Assembly: GCA_947642635.1 (NCBI GenBank)
Contig: CANRTI010000001.1
Coordinates: 4,975-68,974 of the forward strand
Direction: 5' to 3'
DNA: 64,000 nt
Origin: an uncultured Mycoplasma sp.
GTDB taxonomy: Bacteria > Bacillota_I > Bacilli_A > RF39 > UBA660
This document shows, in pieces, positions 8,247 to 16,626 of the stretch; position 1 is the stretch's first letter; every line of letters starts with the position of its first letter. The notes under the pieces are model-generated. The model was given only the letters and a program-made list of their open reading frames with translations. It had not been told where the DNA came from and did not search any database. Made by a program: the position numbers and the translations under genes.

Positions 8247-9453
8247 AATAATGAATATATTAAAAAAAATAAATTATATTAAGATTTATATTGTGTTGTT
8301 ATACATAATAGTAGCACAATTATTATGGCACTCAAGAGGCTATGTAATAGATTACATGGTTTCAAAAGCCACAACTGAATTACAAATAAAAATGATAAAT
8401 GCAGTAGTCAATATTGGGCTTGCACTACTTTTAACGCTAATCTTAATAGCACTAATAATAACTTTAAAAAGACACAATAAAGCCAAAGAAGAAGAACAAA
8501 AAAATGTTCAAGATGTCGGCTTAAAAAATGAAAGTGGCGAATATACGGAAATAATTGATATTTTAGATGGCGAAGAAGAAAACGAGTCTATATATGTTAT
8601 AGACCCTAAAAATATTTCTATTGAAAAATTAAGAGCAAGACAAGACGATATAGAAACGGCTTATCATATAGATATACATTATATGACACCAAGAATACCA
8701 ACAAAATATATCAATGTTTATGCAACACCTAGAGATTTATTACACCCTAAACTATTCCAAGTAACCCTAAATGACAACTTACTAGACGACTTTTTATCGG
8801 CTTTAGTAGTTGGAAGTACGGGAAGTGGTAAAACATATTTTACACACCAATTACTAGGAAAAATAGCCTTAAATAAATCTTGTAATGGTGAAGATGTACG
8901 AGTATTTATAAGTGATATAAAAAATGAAGATTTTAGACAATTTAAAAATCGTCCTAATTATTATGGTATCAATGCAATAGATGGAATTAAAGAGGTCCAT
9001 AAAATACTTAAAGAGCGTATGGAAAATGACGAAGACAACGAAGATAAAGAAACAATTATTCTTTTAATTGAAGAATATGCAGTACTTCTCAATTCAATAA
9101 AGAATAAAAGTGATAAAGAGGAAATTAAAGATATGGTTGCAGATTTATTGTTTATAGGGCGTAGCAAAAAAATAATAACAATAGTAAGCCTACAAAGAGC
9201 AGACGCAGAATACTTTGTAAGAGGTGCTAGAGAACAATTTAAAAAAATAATTTTGATGGGCGAAATATCCGATACTCAAAAGAAAATGCTTTTAGACGAA
9301 AAAAAGCAGAAACAAATTAGAGAAGTTAATAAACAAGGATATGGATACCTTTGCGAAGATGGAAAAATGAAAGTTACGCGTATTCAAGTAGCAAAAATTT
9401 CACAAAAGGACAAAGAAGAAATTGACAATATTATAAGTAGTAAGATGGTTTAA
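8236..9453 (+). CDS. FtsK/SpoIIIE-TcpA-like membrane DNA translocase (coupling protein)
   Basis: It has two N-terminal TM helices, Walker A VVGSTGSGKT and Walker B-like IILLIEE. Confidence 0.75.
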   Translation: MKNKIMNILKKINYIKIYIVLLYIIVAQLLWHSRGYVIDYMVSKATTELQIKMINAVVNIGLALLLTLILIALIITLKRHNKAKEEEQKNVQDVGLKNESGEYTEIIDILDGEEENESIYVIDPKNISIEKLRARQDDIETAYHIDIHYMTPRIPTKYINVYATPRDLLHPKLFQVTLNDNLLDDFLSALVVGSTGSGKTYFTHQLLGKIALNKSCNGEDVRVFISDIKNEDFRQFKNRPNYYGINAIDGIKEVHKILKERMENDEDNEDKETIILLIEEYAVLLNSIKNKSDKEEIKDMVADLLFIGRSKKIITIVSLQRADAEYFVRGAREQFKKIILMGEISDTQKKMLLDEKKQKQIREVNKQGYGYLCEDGKMKVTRIQVAKISQKDKEEIDNIISSKMV

Positions 9454-9690
9454 ATGGTAGATAATATCAACTATCAAGAGTCTTGTAAAAATATGATATA
9501 TGTTCCTATAAGTGAAAAATATACGCTTACTATTGAAGAAGCGTCAAAGTATTTCCGTATTGGCGAAAATAAACTTCGTAAACTAGCAGAAGAAAACCTA
9601 AACGCAAGTTGGGTTTTAATGAATGGCAACCGAATTCAAATAAAAAGAAAGCAATTTGAAAAAATTATTGATACTTTAAATGTAATTTAA
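9454..9690 (+). CDS. xis: Excisionase-family DNA-binding protein (Tn916 Xis-like)
   Basis: It is a 78-aa protein lying immediately upstream of int. It has an HTH segment, [20 protein letters not shown]. Confidence 0.7.
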   Translation: MVDNINYQESCKNMIYVPISEKYTLTIEEASKYFRIGENKLRKLAEENLNASWVLMNGNRIQIKRKQFEKIIDTLNVI

Positions 9691-9769
9691 TGAAAATTGA
9701 GCCTTAATGTGTGATATAATGTTATTGCATATCAAGGCTCTTTCTATTATTGAAAGGAGCAAAAAAAAT

Positions 9770-11059
9770 ATGATAGAAAAAAGACGCGATAAAAGAAATC
9801 GTATTTTACATAACGGAGAGAGCCAAAGAAAAGATGGAAGATATGTTTATAAATATACCGATAGTTTCGGCAAACCACAATTTATATATGCTTGGAAGTT
9901 AGTACCAACCGATAAAACACCAAACGGGAAACGCGACGACAAATCTTTAAGAGAAAAGGAACAAGAAATTTTAAAGGACATTAACGATGGAATCGACACC
10001 ATAGGTAAAAAAATAAGTGTATGTCAATTATATGCTAAAAAAAATAATCAACGACCAAATGTTAAAGATAGCACTAAAATAGGAAGAAATAGACTTATGA
10101 GGTTATTAGAAGAAGATAAAATCGGTGCTTGTTCTATTGAAAATGTTAAGATGTCGGACGCCAAAGAATGGGCTATACGCATGAAAGAAAAAGGAATAGC
10201 CTACCAAACAATAAGAAATGACAAGCGTTCTTTATATTCAGCGTTTCAAATGGCTATACAAGACGACTATATAAGGAAAAACCCGTTTGAGTTTAAAATT
10301 GACGATGTAATAGATAATGACACCGAGAAGAATATACCCCTTACATTAGAACAAGAAGAAAGCCTATACTCTTTTATTCAAAATGATAAAACATACTCTA
10401 AAAACTATGACGAAATTATTTTAATAAGAGAAACGGGACTTCGTATATCGGAATTTTGCGGACTGATAGACACCGACCTAGATTTTGATAATAGACTTAT
10501 CAATGTAGAACGCCAACTTTTAAGAAATACCGAACGAGGTTATTATATTGACGATACTAAAACCGATAATGGGGTAAGAAAAGTACCTATGAGCGACAAA
10601 GCGTTTGAAATCTTTAAGCGTATAATAGATAATTGTAAAAACGCAAAAACTATTGTTATTGATGGTTATAGTGGTTTCCTATTCTTAAAAAGAGATGGAT
10701 ACCCAAAAGTACGAGATAACTACGAAAGTATATTTAAAGGAATTGTTAAAAAATACAATAAATGTCATGAAGAACAACTTCCTAAAAAAATGACACCACA
10801 TACATTAAGACATACCTTTTGTACTAATTGGGCTAACGATGGACTAAACCCTCATACATTACAATATATTATGGGGCATAAAAATATTGAAATGACATTA
10901 AGTTATTATACACACCCTACCTATATGTCGGCAAAAGCAGAGATGGAAAAAATAAATAAACAAAAGCAATTTTACTACGAATTTACTACTTTTGAAAGCG
11001 AAAATATAAGAAATTATAAAAATATATGTGAATATCTTCCAAAATTAAAAATGTCTTAA
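9770..11059 (+). CDS. int: Tyrosine recombinase, Tn916-family integrase
   Basis: The N-terminal arm-binding segment RRDKRNRILHNGESQRKDGRYVYKYTDSFGKPQF is Tn916 Int-like. It also has GLRISEFCGL, HTLRHTF and LSYYTH (catalytic Tyr). The start is ATG 9770 after GAAAGGAG. Confidence 0.9.
   Translation: MIEKRRDKRNRILHNGESQRKDGRYVYKYTDSFGKPQFIYAWKLVPTDKTPNGKRDDKSLREKEQEILKDINDGIDTIGKKISVCQLYAKKNNQRPNVKDSTKIGRNRLMRLLEEDKIGACSIENVKMSDAKEWAIRMKEKGIAYQTIRNDKRSLYSAFQMAIQDDYIRKNPFEFKIDDVIDNDTEKNIPLTLEQEESLYSFIQNDKTYSKNYDEIILIRETGLRISEFCGLIDTDLDFDNRLINVERQLLRNTERGYYIDDTKTDNGVRKVPMSDKAFEIFKRIIDNCKNAKTIVIDGYSGFLFLKRDGYPKVRDNYESIFKGIVKKYNKCHEEQLPKKMTPHTLRHTFCTNWANDGLNPHTLQYIMGHKNIEMTLSYYTHPTYMSAKAEMEKINKQKQFYYEFTTFESENIRNYKNICEYLPKLKMS
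10963..11000 (+). repeat. Putative attR direct repeat (inside the 3' tail of int)
   Basis: It matches 2490-2527. It begins where similarity to the Tn916 Int C-terminus ends (…EKINKQKQ | FYYEFTTFE…). Confidence 0.6.
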
Positions 11060-11194
11060 ATGCTTATAAATAAAGGTTATAAAGACATTTAAGAACTTAT
11101 AAAAATATAATCAAAAAATTACACTATTTTTAACCACAAAAAAATGAAAAAAACGTTAATTTTCTTCATTTTGAATTCATTTTTCTCTTAAAAA

Positions 11195-13312
11195 TTAATT
11201 TTCAACTAAATTATTATTGTGAATTAATTTTTCTAAATTTTTATAACCAACTTGTTCATAATTACTTTTTTCAATAATAGTCTCTTTATTGAGAACTTTT
11301 TTAATCTTCAAATATTTTTCTAATCCATCTTTAGTTAAACTAGAAAACTTAATCGTCGCATCAACTAAATCTTCTAATTCATTTTCTCTTTGACTAGATA
11401 GTTCATTACTAAAACCAACTTTACGATTAGATAAAACATCATCAGTGATAAAAATAAAGGAATTATTAAAATAAATCTTATCACCTTTATTGTCACGGAT
11501 ATATCCTTCTTTTAATATCTCTTTAATTAATTCTTTGACACTTTGATGAGCTGCTTGATAATTATCAAATAAAATAATACTAAAATTATTGTTTTTTAAA
11601 GTACTAAGAAGATGTTCATCATTATAGCCAACATACCCACTATTAACACCAATTAATTTATTTAAATCCATACTACTATGATATTCTTTTAAATCGATGC
11701 GAACAAAATTATTTCCTGGAATATTTTCCGCAATTCTTTTCACAATCGTACTTTTTCCTAATCCTTCACTACCAGTTAAATAAATTTTTAAAAAACCTTT
11801 TTTATTTAATAAATTATCTTTTATTAAACACATTATTTTTTTGACATAATTATTAATACCATATAATTCTTTATTTAAATTATCTTCAATATCTTTTAAA
11901 CAATTTAATTTATTTTTTGTAAATATCATATTAGTTTTATTTTCTAAAACATTTATAATATCACTTTCCCTTAAAATTAGTTTTTGACTTTGTTGATAAT
12001 TTTTAATTTTTTTATTTATAGCTAACTCTTCACTATATATTTTTAAAGCATTATCATAATCATTTTTCTTTAATAATTTTTCTTTAGTTTTCTTTAAAGC
12101 TTCTAATTTTCGATATAATTCTTTTTTTTCAGGGCAATAATTATTTTGAGTTTTAACTTTAGAACAAACAGAATCTAGAAAATCAATCGCTTTATCTGGA
12201 TTTTTCTTAGTTTTAATAAATTTATCAGTATAATAAATAACTGAATCAATAATATTATCATTTATAATAACATTATGATGACGTTCATATTCACCTTTAA
12301 CTTTACTTAAAATTTCTTTAGTTTCAGCACTGTTAGGTTCTCTTACATTAACCATTTCAAATCTTCTAGTCAATGCTTTATCACAAGCAAAATATTTTTG
12401 GTATTCACTAGTAGTTGTAGCCCCAATACATTTAATTTTTCCTCTAGCTAAAGCTGGTTTAAAAATATCACCTGCGGTAATTGCGCCTTCTGCTCCACCA
12501 GCGCTAACCATCGAATGAATTTCATCAATAAATAAAATAATATTACTGTTATTTTCTAATTCTTTAATTATTTTAGTTAATTTCTCTTCAAATTCACCAC
12601 GGTACTTTGTTCCTGATACTAATGAACCCATTTCTAAAGCCACTATTTTAGTATTATATAAATTGTCAGGAACTTCTTTTCTTTCAATTCGGCGAACTAA
12701 TTCTTCAACAATTGCTGTCTTTCCAACCCCAGCATCGCCAATTAAAATTGGATTGTTTTTCTTTTTTCTAAGTAATGTTTCAATAATTTGTTCAATCTCT
12801 TTTTCACGGCCAATGACATTTTCTTCAAAATTTATCGAATTATTTAATAATATTCCCGTTTCATAAATTTCTAATTTTTTATTTGCAGTCAAATTATTTT
12901 TATTCAAATTTTCATAAATTTCATCAATATCAATACCCATGCCAATTAAAAGACGAATAGCAATACCTTCACCTTCTTCTAAAATAGAAAGAACTAAATG
13001 TCTTGGTGTTACCAGTGAATTATTATTTTCTTTGGCATTATCAAGAGCATTATTTATTACTCTTTTTAAAAGAGGGGTATAAAGATTGATTTCACAAGCT
13101 TTAGTAGCATTTCCTACCATTATATTTAATTCTTTTTTAAAGCTACTATATGTTAGATTATATTCTTTTAAATAATTAGCCATATCTTTATCTAGTGCTA
13201 ATATTCCTAACAATAAATGTTCTGTACCAACATACGGATGATGTAGTGTTAAACGTTCTTCTTCCGCTTTCCGGAAAATATTAGATACATGTACTCCAAA
13301 ATTATTAAACAT
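11195..13312 (-). CDS. clpC: ClpC-like AAA+ ATPase (Clp_N repeats, intact D1, degenerate D2)
   Basis: It has the Clp_N motif HPYVGTEHLLLGIL. D1 has GDAGVGKTAIVEEL and ILFIDEIH. D2 has GSEGLGKS, but its Walker B is ILFDNYQ. A KVGF ClpP-loop-like motif is present. Confidence 0.8.
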   Translation of the reverse strand: MFNNFGVHVSNIFRKAEEERLTLHHPYVGTEHLLLGILALDKDMANYLKEYNLTYSSFKKELNIMVGNATKACEINLYTPLLKRVINNALDNAKENNNSLVTPRHLVLSILEEGEGIAIRLLIGMGIDIDEIYENLNKNNLTANKKLEIYETGILLNNSINFEENVIGREKEIEQIIETLLRKKKNNPILIGDAGVGKTAIVEELVRRIERKEVPDNLYNTKIVALEMGSLVSGTKYRGEFEEKLTKIIKELENNSNIILFIDEIHSMVSAGGAEGAITAGDIFKPALARGKIKCIGATTTSEYQKYFACDKALTRRFEMVNVREPNSAETKEILSKVKGEYERHHNVIINDNIIDSVIYYTDKFIKTKKNPDKAIDFLDSVCSKVKTQNNYCPEKKELYRKLEALKKTKEKLLKKNDYDNALKIYSEELAINKKIKNYQQSQKLILRESDIINVLENKTNMIFTKNKLNCLKDIEDNLNKELYGINNYVKKIMCLIKDNLLNKKGFLKIYLTGSEGLGKSTIVKRIAENIPGNNFVRIDLKEYHSSMDLNKLIGVNSGYVGYNDEHLLSTLKNNNFSIILFDNYQAAHQSVKELIKEILKEGYIRDNKGDKIYFNNSFIFITDDVLSNRKVGFSNELSSQRENELEDLVDATIKFSSLTKDGLEKYLKIKKVLNKETIIEKSNYEQVGYKNLEKLIHNNNLVEN

Positions 13313-13396
13313 AAAATTTCTCCCTTACCATTCTATGAATATATTGTTTTATTTAGAAGAATTTTATACAAAAAAAACTAAGATTTGAAAAATATC

Positions 13397-15286
13397 TTAG
13401 TTTTTAGCAAAATAATAACTTAAAGTATAACTTATTTCATAATTACCATCAACATTAGGAGTTAATGACGTAATATCAAAATCACTATTTAATGGATTAT
13501 TTGGTAATACTTCTAAATCACTAGTAGTTGGATTATCAACACTTTCATTATTATTTCTCATAAATGTATTAATAGCCCCAGCTATTTCAAATAATTTATT
13601 TTGCATATTTGTAGCACTAGTAATAGCAATATCATTAATGCCAATTAAATTATTATCAATATCATACTCAAGCATATCAGGAGTAATTATTAATTTATTA
13701 GTAATTGTAATATCCATTTTATTTTCAAAATCTGGATTAATACCCATAACAATATCTAAATTAGGATTATCAACCTTGCTATAATTTAAGCTTTCAATAG
13801 CCATATAATTATATTCTTGAGCAAATGAGAAACTTCTAATTAATAAATAATAATTATTAGTTGTATCATATTCTAAGAAATAATCATTAAACTCTTCTTT
13901 AGTCGTTGGATATTCATTATTGTTATTTTTTAAAATCGAACTCAAGACAGGGTGTAAAACAACACTTCCACCAGAAGAACTACTAGATGTTAGCTTTGTA
14001 ATCATTTCGTTAGAAACAATACTACCATAAGATGTAGTTAATAAGTTTCTAAAAGTATTTTCCATATTAGGTTTTTCATCATATGATAAACGAATTGGAC
14101 TATTAGCAACTTGATGAGCATAATCAGATAATGCACTAGTTGTATCAATAACAATTAAATTATTATTAGCTATATATCTAAATCCTTTAATTGTATTAGC
14201 ATTAGTATCATTCATAATATAAGTTATACCAACATCATGACTTATTAAATTAACATAATTAATAATTTCAGTTACTTTACTAGTATTATTAGGATATGGA
14301 TATTTCTTTAAATAATATTCAAAAATTTCATTTATTTCAGCTGTATCAGTTGTACTAAAATATAACATAGCTCTACTAGTTGTATTCTTACTAGCATTAT
14401 CAGTTCTTGCGTAACCTTCTAGATTATCTTCGGCTGTAAATGTATAAGTGTTACTATCTTTATCATACATTGGTTTAATACCAGGTAATTTATAAACAGC
14501 TAAACCAGATCCATCTAATTCTTTAATCGCATCAGCTGTTTGATATTTATCTTTGACATAATTTAAAATCATTCCAGAATATGGAACTCTTGAATGTTCT
14601 TCAACATATTCTTCTAACCAATTATTAAATATTTCAACAATATCAGTATCAGGTTTTAAATCATCAATACTAATAGTTAAAGTTTTTTTATCAGGAGATA
14701 TGCCACTTCCATCTTCAACAACTGGATATTTTATTTTATATTCTCCATAAGTCATAGAAATATTACCAGGAGTATGATTATATAAAAATTCTTTTTCGCT
14801 TCCCACTTGTTCCCGAATTGAAACAGGTATTTGGATTTTTTCAGTATCAGGTTTACTTCCTTGTAAAGTAGAAATTGTACATTTTAAATTAATAATTGTT
14901 GTTACATTACTAGAACTATTAAATGTTACTGTAGCTATTCTTCCTGTATTATCAATTGTATAATTAGCTGGTAGTCCAGAATAAACACAACCATTTGGAA
15001 TAGTAAATTTATAGGTATCACTGGCATTTCCTAATCCAGCAGTATTTCTTGTAAATTCAAAAGAAGCATAAGTATAAGTTGGTTTAGGATTAAATAAAGA
15101 AACTTTTAAATCGTTTTTAGTTAAAGTATATAATTTAGAGTTATAAGCTAGGACATCATCCGTTTGATCATAATATTTTGAATGAGTAGTCGAGAAACTA
15201 GAAAAATTAAGAATACTTAAAACGAGTAAAGTATAAATAATTACTCTATGAATTGATTTTTTATGTCTTAGATTATTTTTTTTCAT
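13397..15286 (-). CDS. Large secreted hypothetical protein (629 aa), last gene of the SipW cluster
   Basis: It has an N-terminal signal-anchor ending SSFSTTHSKYYDQTDD, which resembles the SipW-cognate ends of its neighbours. I recognised no other motif. Confidence 0.7.
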   Translation of the reverse strand: MKKNNLRHKKSIHRVIIYTLLVLSILNFSSFSTTHSKYYDQTDDVLAYNSKLYTLTKNDLKVSLFNPKPTYTYASFEFTRNTAGLGNASDTYKFTIPNGCVYSGLPANYTIDNTGRIATVTFNSSSNVTTIINLKCTISTLQGSKPDTEKIQIPVSIREQVGSEKEFLYNHTPGNISMTYGEYKIKYPVVEDGSGISPDKKTLTISIDDLKPDTDIVEIFNNWLEEYVEEHSRVPYSGMILNYVKDKYQTADAIKELDGSGLAVYKLPGIKPMYDKDSNTYTFTAEDNLEGYARTDNASKNTTSRAMLYFSTTDTAEINEIFEYYLKKYPYPNNTSKVTEIINYVNLISHDVGITYIMNDTNANTIKGFRYIANNNLIVIDTTSALSDYAHQVANSPIRLSYDEKPNMENTFRNLLTTSYGSIVSNEMITKLTSSSSSGGSVVLHPVLSSILKNNNNEYPTTKEEFNDYFLEYDTTNNYYLLIRSFSFAQEYNYMAIESLNYSKVDNPNLDIVMGINPDFENKMDITITNKLIITPDMLEYDIDNNLIGINDIAITSATNMQNKLFEIAGAINTFMRNNNESVDNPTTSDLEVLPNNPLNSDFDITSLTPNVDGNYEISYTLSYYFAKN

Positions 15287-15306
15287 ATTAGTTCCTCCTT
15301 ATGCCC

Positions 15307-15912
15307 TTAATTATTTCTTTGAGTAGCAGCATAACTAACTTTGATTATTTCATAAGCGTCTTCATTCATAATATATTCATCATTAGTTATTAAGCCAGCA
15401 TATTTAACAATAACTTTATATTTAGTATTACCTCTAGTAGTAGCATCCACTTTTTTATAAATAATTTTCTTTTTAGTCTCATTATTATCAGCAGTATTAG
15501 AAATTGTAATTATCTCACTAGGGTCTGTTAAATTATGAATTTCTACTAATTCAAAATCCATACCAGCATCAATTGTTAAATATAAATCTGTATTAACTTC
15601 TATTTCACTAGTATCAACATTAAATATGTATTCTAAATTACTAGTTGGTCTAAAAGTTCCTGTTTCACAAGTAACCTTATCTTTTTTATTCGCTTCATCA
15701 TATTTAGTTTCACAATTATCAGCCGCAATAGTTTCATCTCGAGTTATTTTAACATTAAATTTGGCTGCTCTTGCTATATCGTCACTACTTTTACTTGTGA
15801 TATATCTCGAATAGGTTACTACAGTTGTAAGAAGTGCCATTACTCCTATGTACATGAATAACCATTTTCTTAAATTTTTGCGAAATCTCTTACTATGTAA
15901 TAATCCTTTCAT
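15307..15912 (-). CDS. TasA/camelysin-like small secreted protein (201 aa) with SipW-type signal
   Basis: It has an N-terminal helix followed by VVTYSRYITSKSSD. It lies directly downstream of a SipW gene. Confidence 0.6.
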   Translation of the reverse strand: MKGLLHSKRFRKNLRKWLFMYIGVMALLTTVVTYSRYITSKSSDDIARAAKFNVKITRDETIAADNCETKYDEANKKDKVTCETGTFRPTSNLEYIFNVDTSEIEVNTDLYLTIDAGMDFELVEIHNLTDPSEIITISNTADNNETKKKIIYKKVDATTRGNTKYKVIVKYAGLITNDEYIMNEDAYEIIKVSYAATQRNN

Positions 15913-15922
15913 TTTACTTCAC

Positions 15923-16624
15923 CTACTTAGCTTTCTTTTTAGCTGTATGCTTTTTAGTCTTCTTCCTTTTTTTCTTTTTCTTTGATTTTACTTCTTTTTT
16001 ATTTGCTTTTTTTAATCGCTTCTCTTTTAATAATGCTGTTTCTTGAATTTTCTTAGCAAGTTCTTTTTTTAATTCTTCTTTATTATCTACAAACTCTTGA
16101 AATTCAACTTCTTCATTTTCTAAAATTGGTTTTCCTTCTTTATCAGTACTAATTAAATAACATATAATAATGCCAATAACTAAAATCATAAACATTACTA
16201 AAGGACTTTTTAAGGAAGTTATTAATATTCCTAGTTTTCCAAGAGTATAAATATGTTTACCTACTATTTTATCTACACTTGTAGGATCATCAATTGAATT
16301 AGCTTTATTATCACCTTTTGTAACCATTTCTTTACCATCTATTTCTATAATTCGATGAGTTACAAAAGCATTATTAATATCATAAAAAGTTACAATATCG
16401 CCTTTTTGATAATCTTTGGCTTTAGTATCAATAATAATCATATCTCCAACTTTAATTGTCGGTTCCATAGAGCCAGATACAACTTCTAATAGAGCATAAC
16501 CATTAATAGTTGCTAAATCTTTATGCATTATTTTTAAACAAATAAAATTATAAATATTAAAAACTAAAATTAAACTGAGAATAATTGTAATAATAATTAT
16601 TAATACTCTTTTAAGAAGTTTCAT
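15923..16624 (-). CDS. sipW: Signal peptidase I, SipW/archaeal-ER type (S26B), with a Lys-rich C-terminal tail
   Basis: It has SGSMEPTIKVGD (catalytic Ser), THRI (His) and KGDN, plus a second TM helix and a tail KKKKKRKKTKKHTAKKKAK. Confidence 0.85.
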   Translation of the reverse strand: MKLLKRVLIIIITIILSLILVFNIYNFICLKIMHKDLATINGYALLEVVSGSMEPTIKVGDMIIIDTKAKDYQKGDIVTFYDINNAFVTHRIIEIDGKEMVTKGDNKANSIDDPTSVDKIVGKHIYTLGKLGILITSLKSPLVMFMILVIGIIICYLISTDKEGKPILENEEVEFQEFVDNKEELKKELAKKIQETALLKEKRLKKANKKEVKSKKKKKRKKTKKHTAKKKAK

Positions 16625-16626
16625 AA

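Larger units (their letters stand above)
2490..11000. mobile_element. Integrative (mobilizable) element: RHH regulator, sortase B plus substrate cargo, CRESS-type Rep, TcpA/FtsK-like translocase, Xis, Tn916-type integrase
   Basis: It is flanked by a 38-bp imperfect direct repeat (2490-2527 and 10963-11000). Int and Xis are terminal. The element is visibly richer in G/C and CG dinucleotides than the flanks. Confidence 0.75.
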
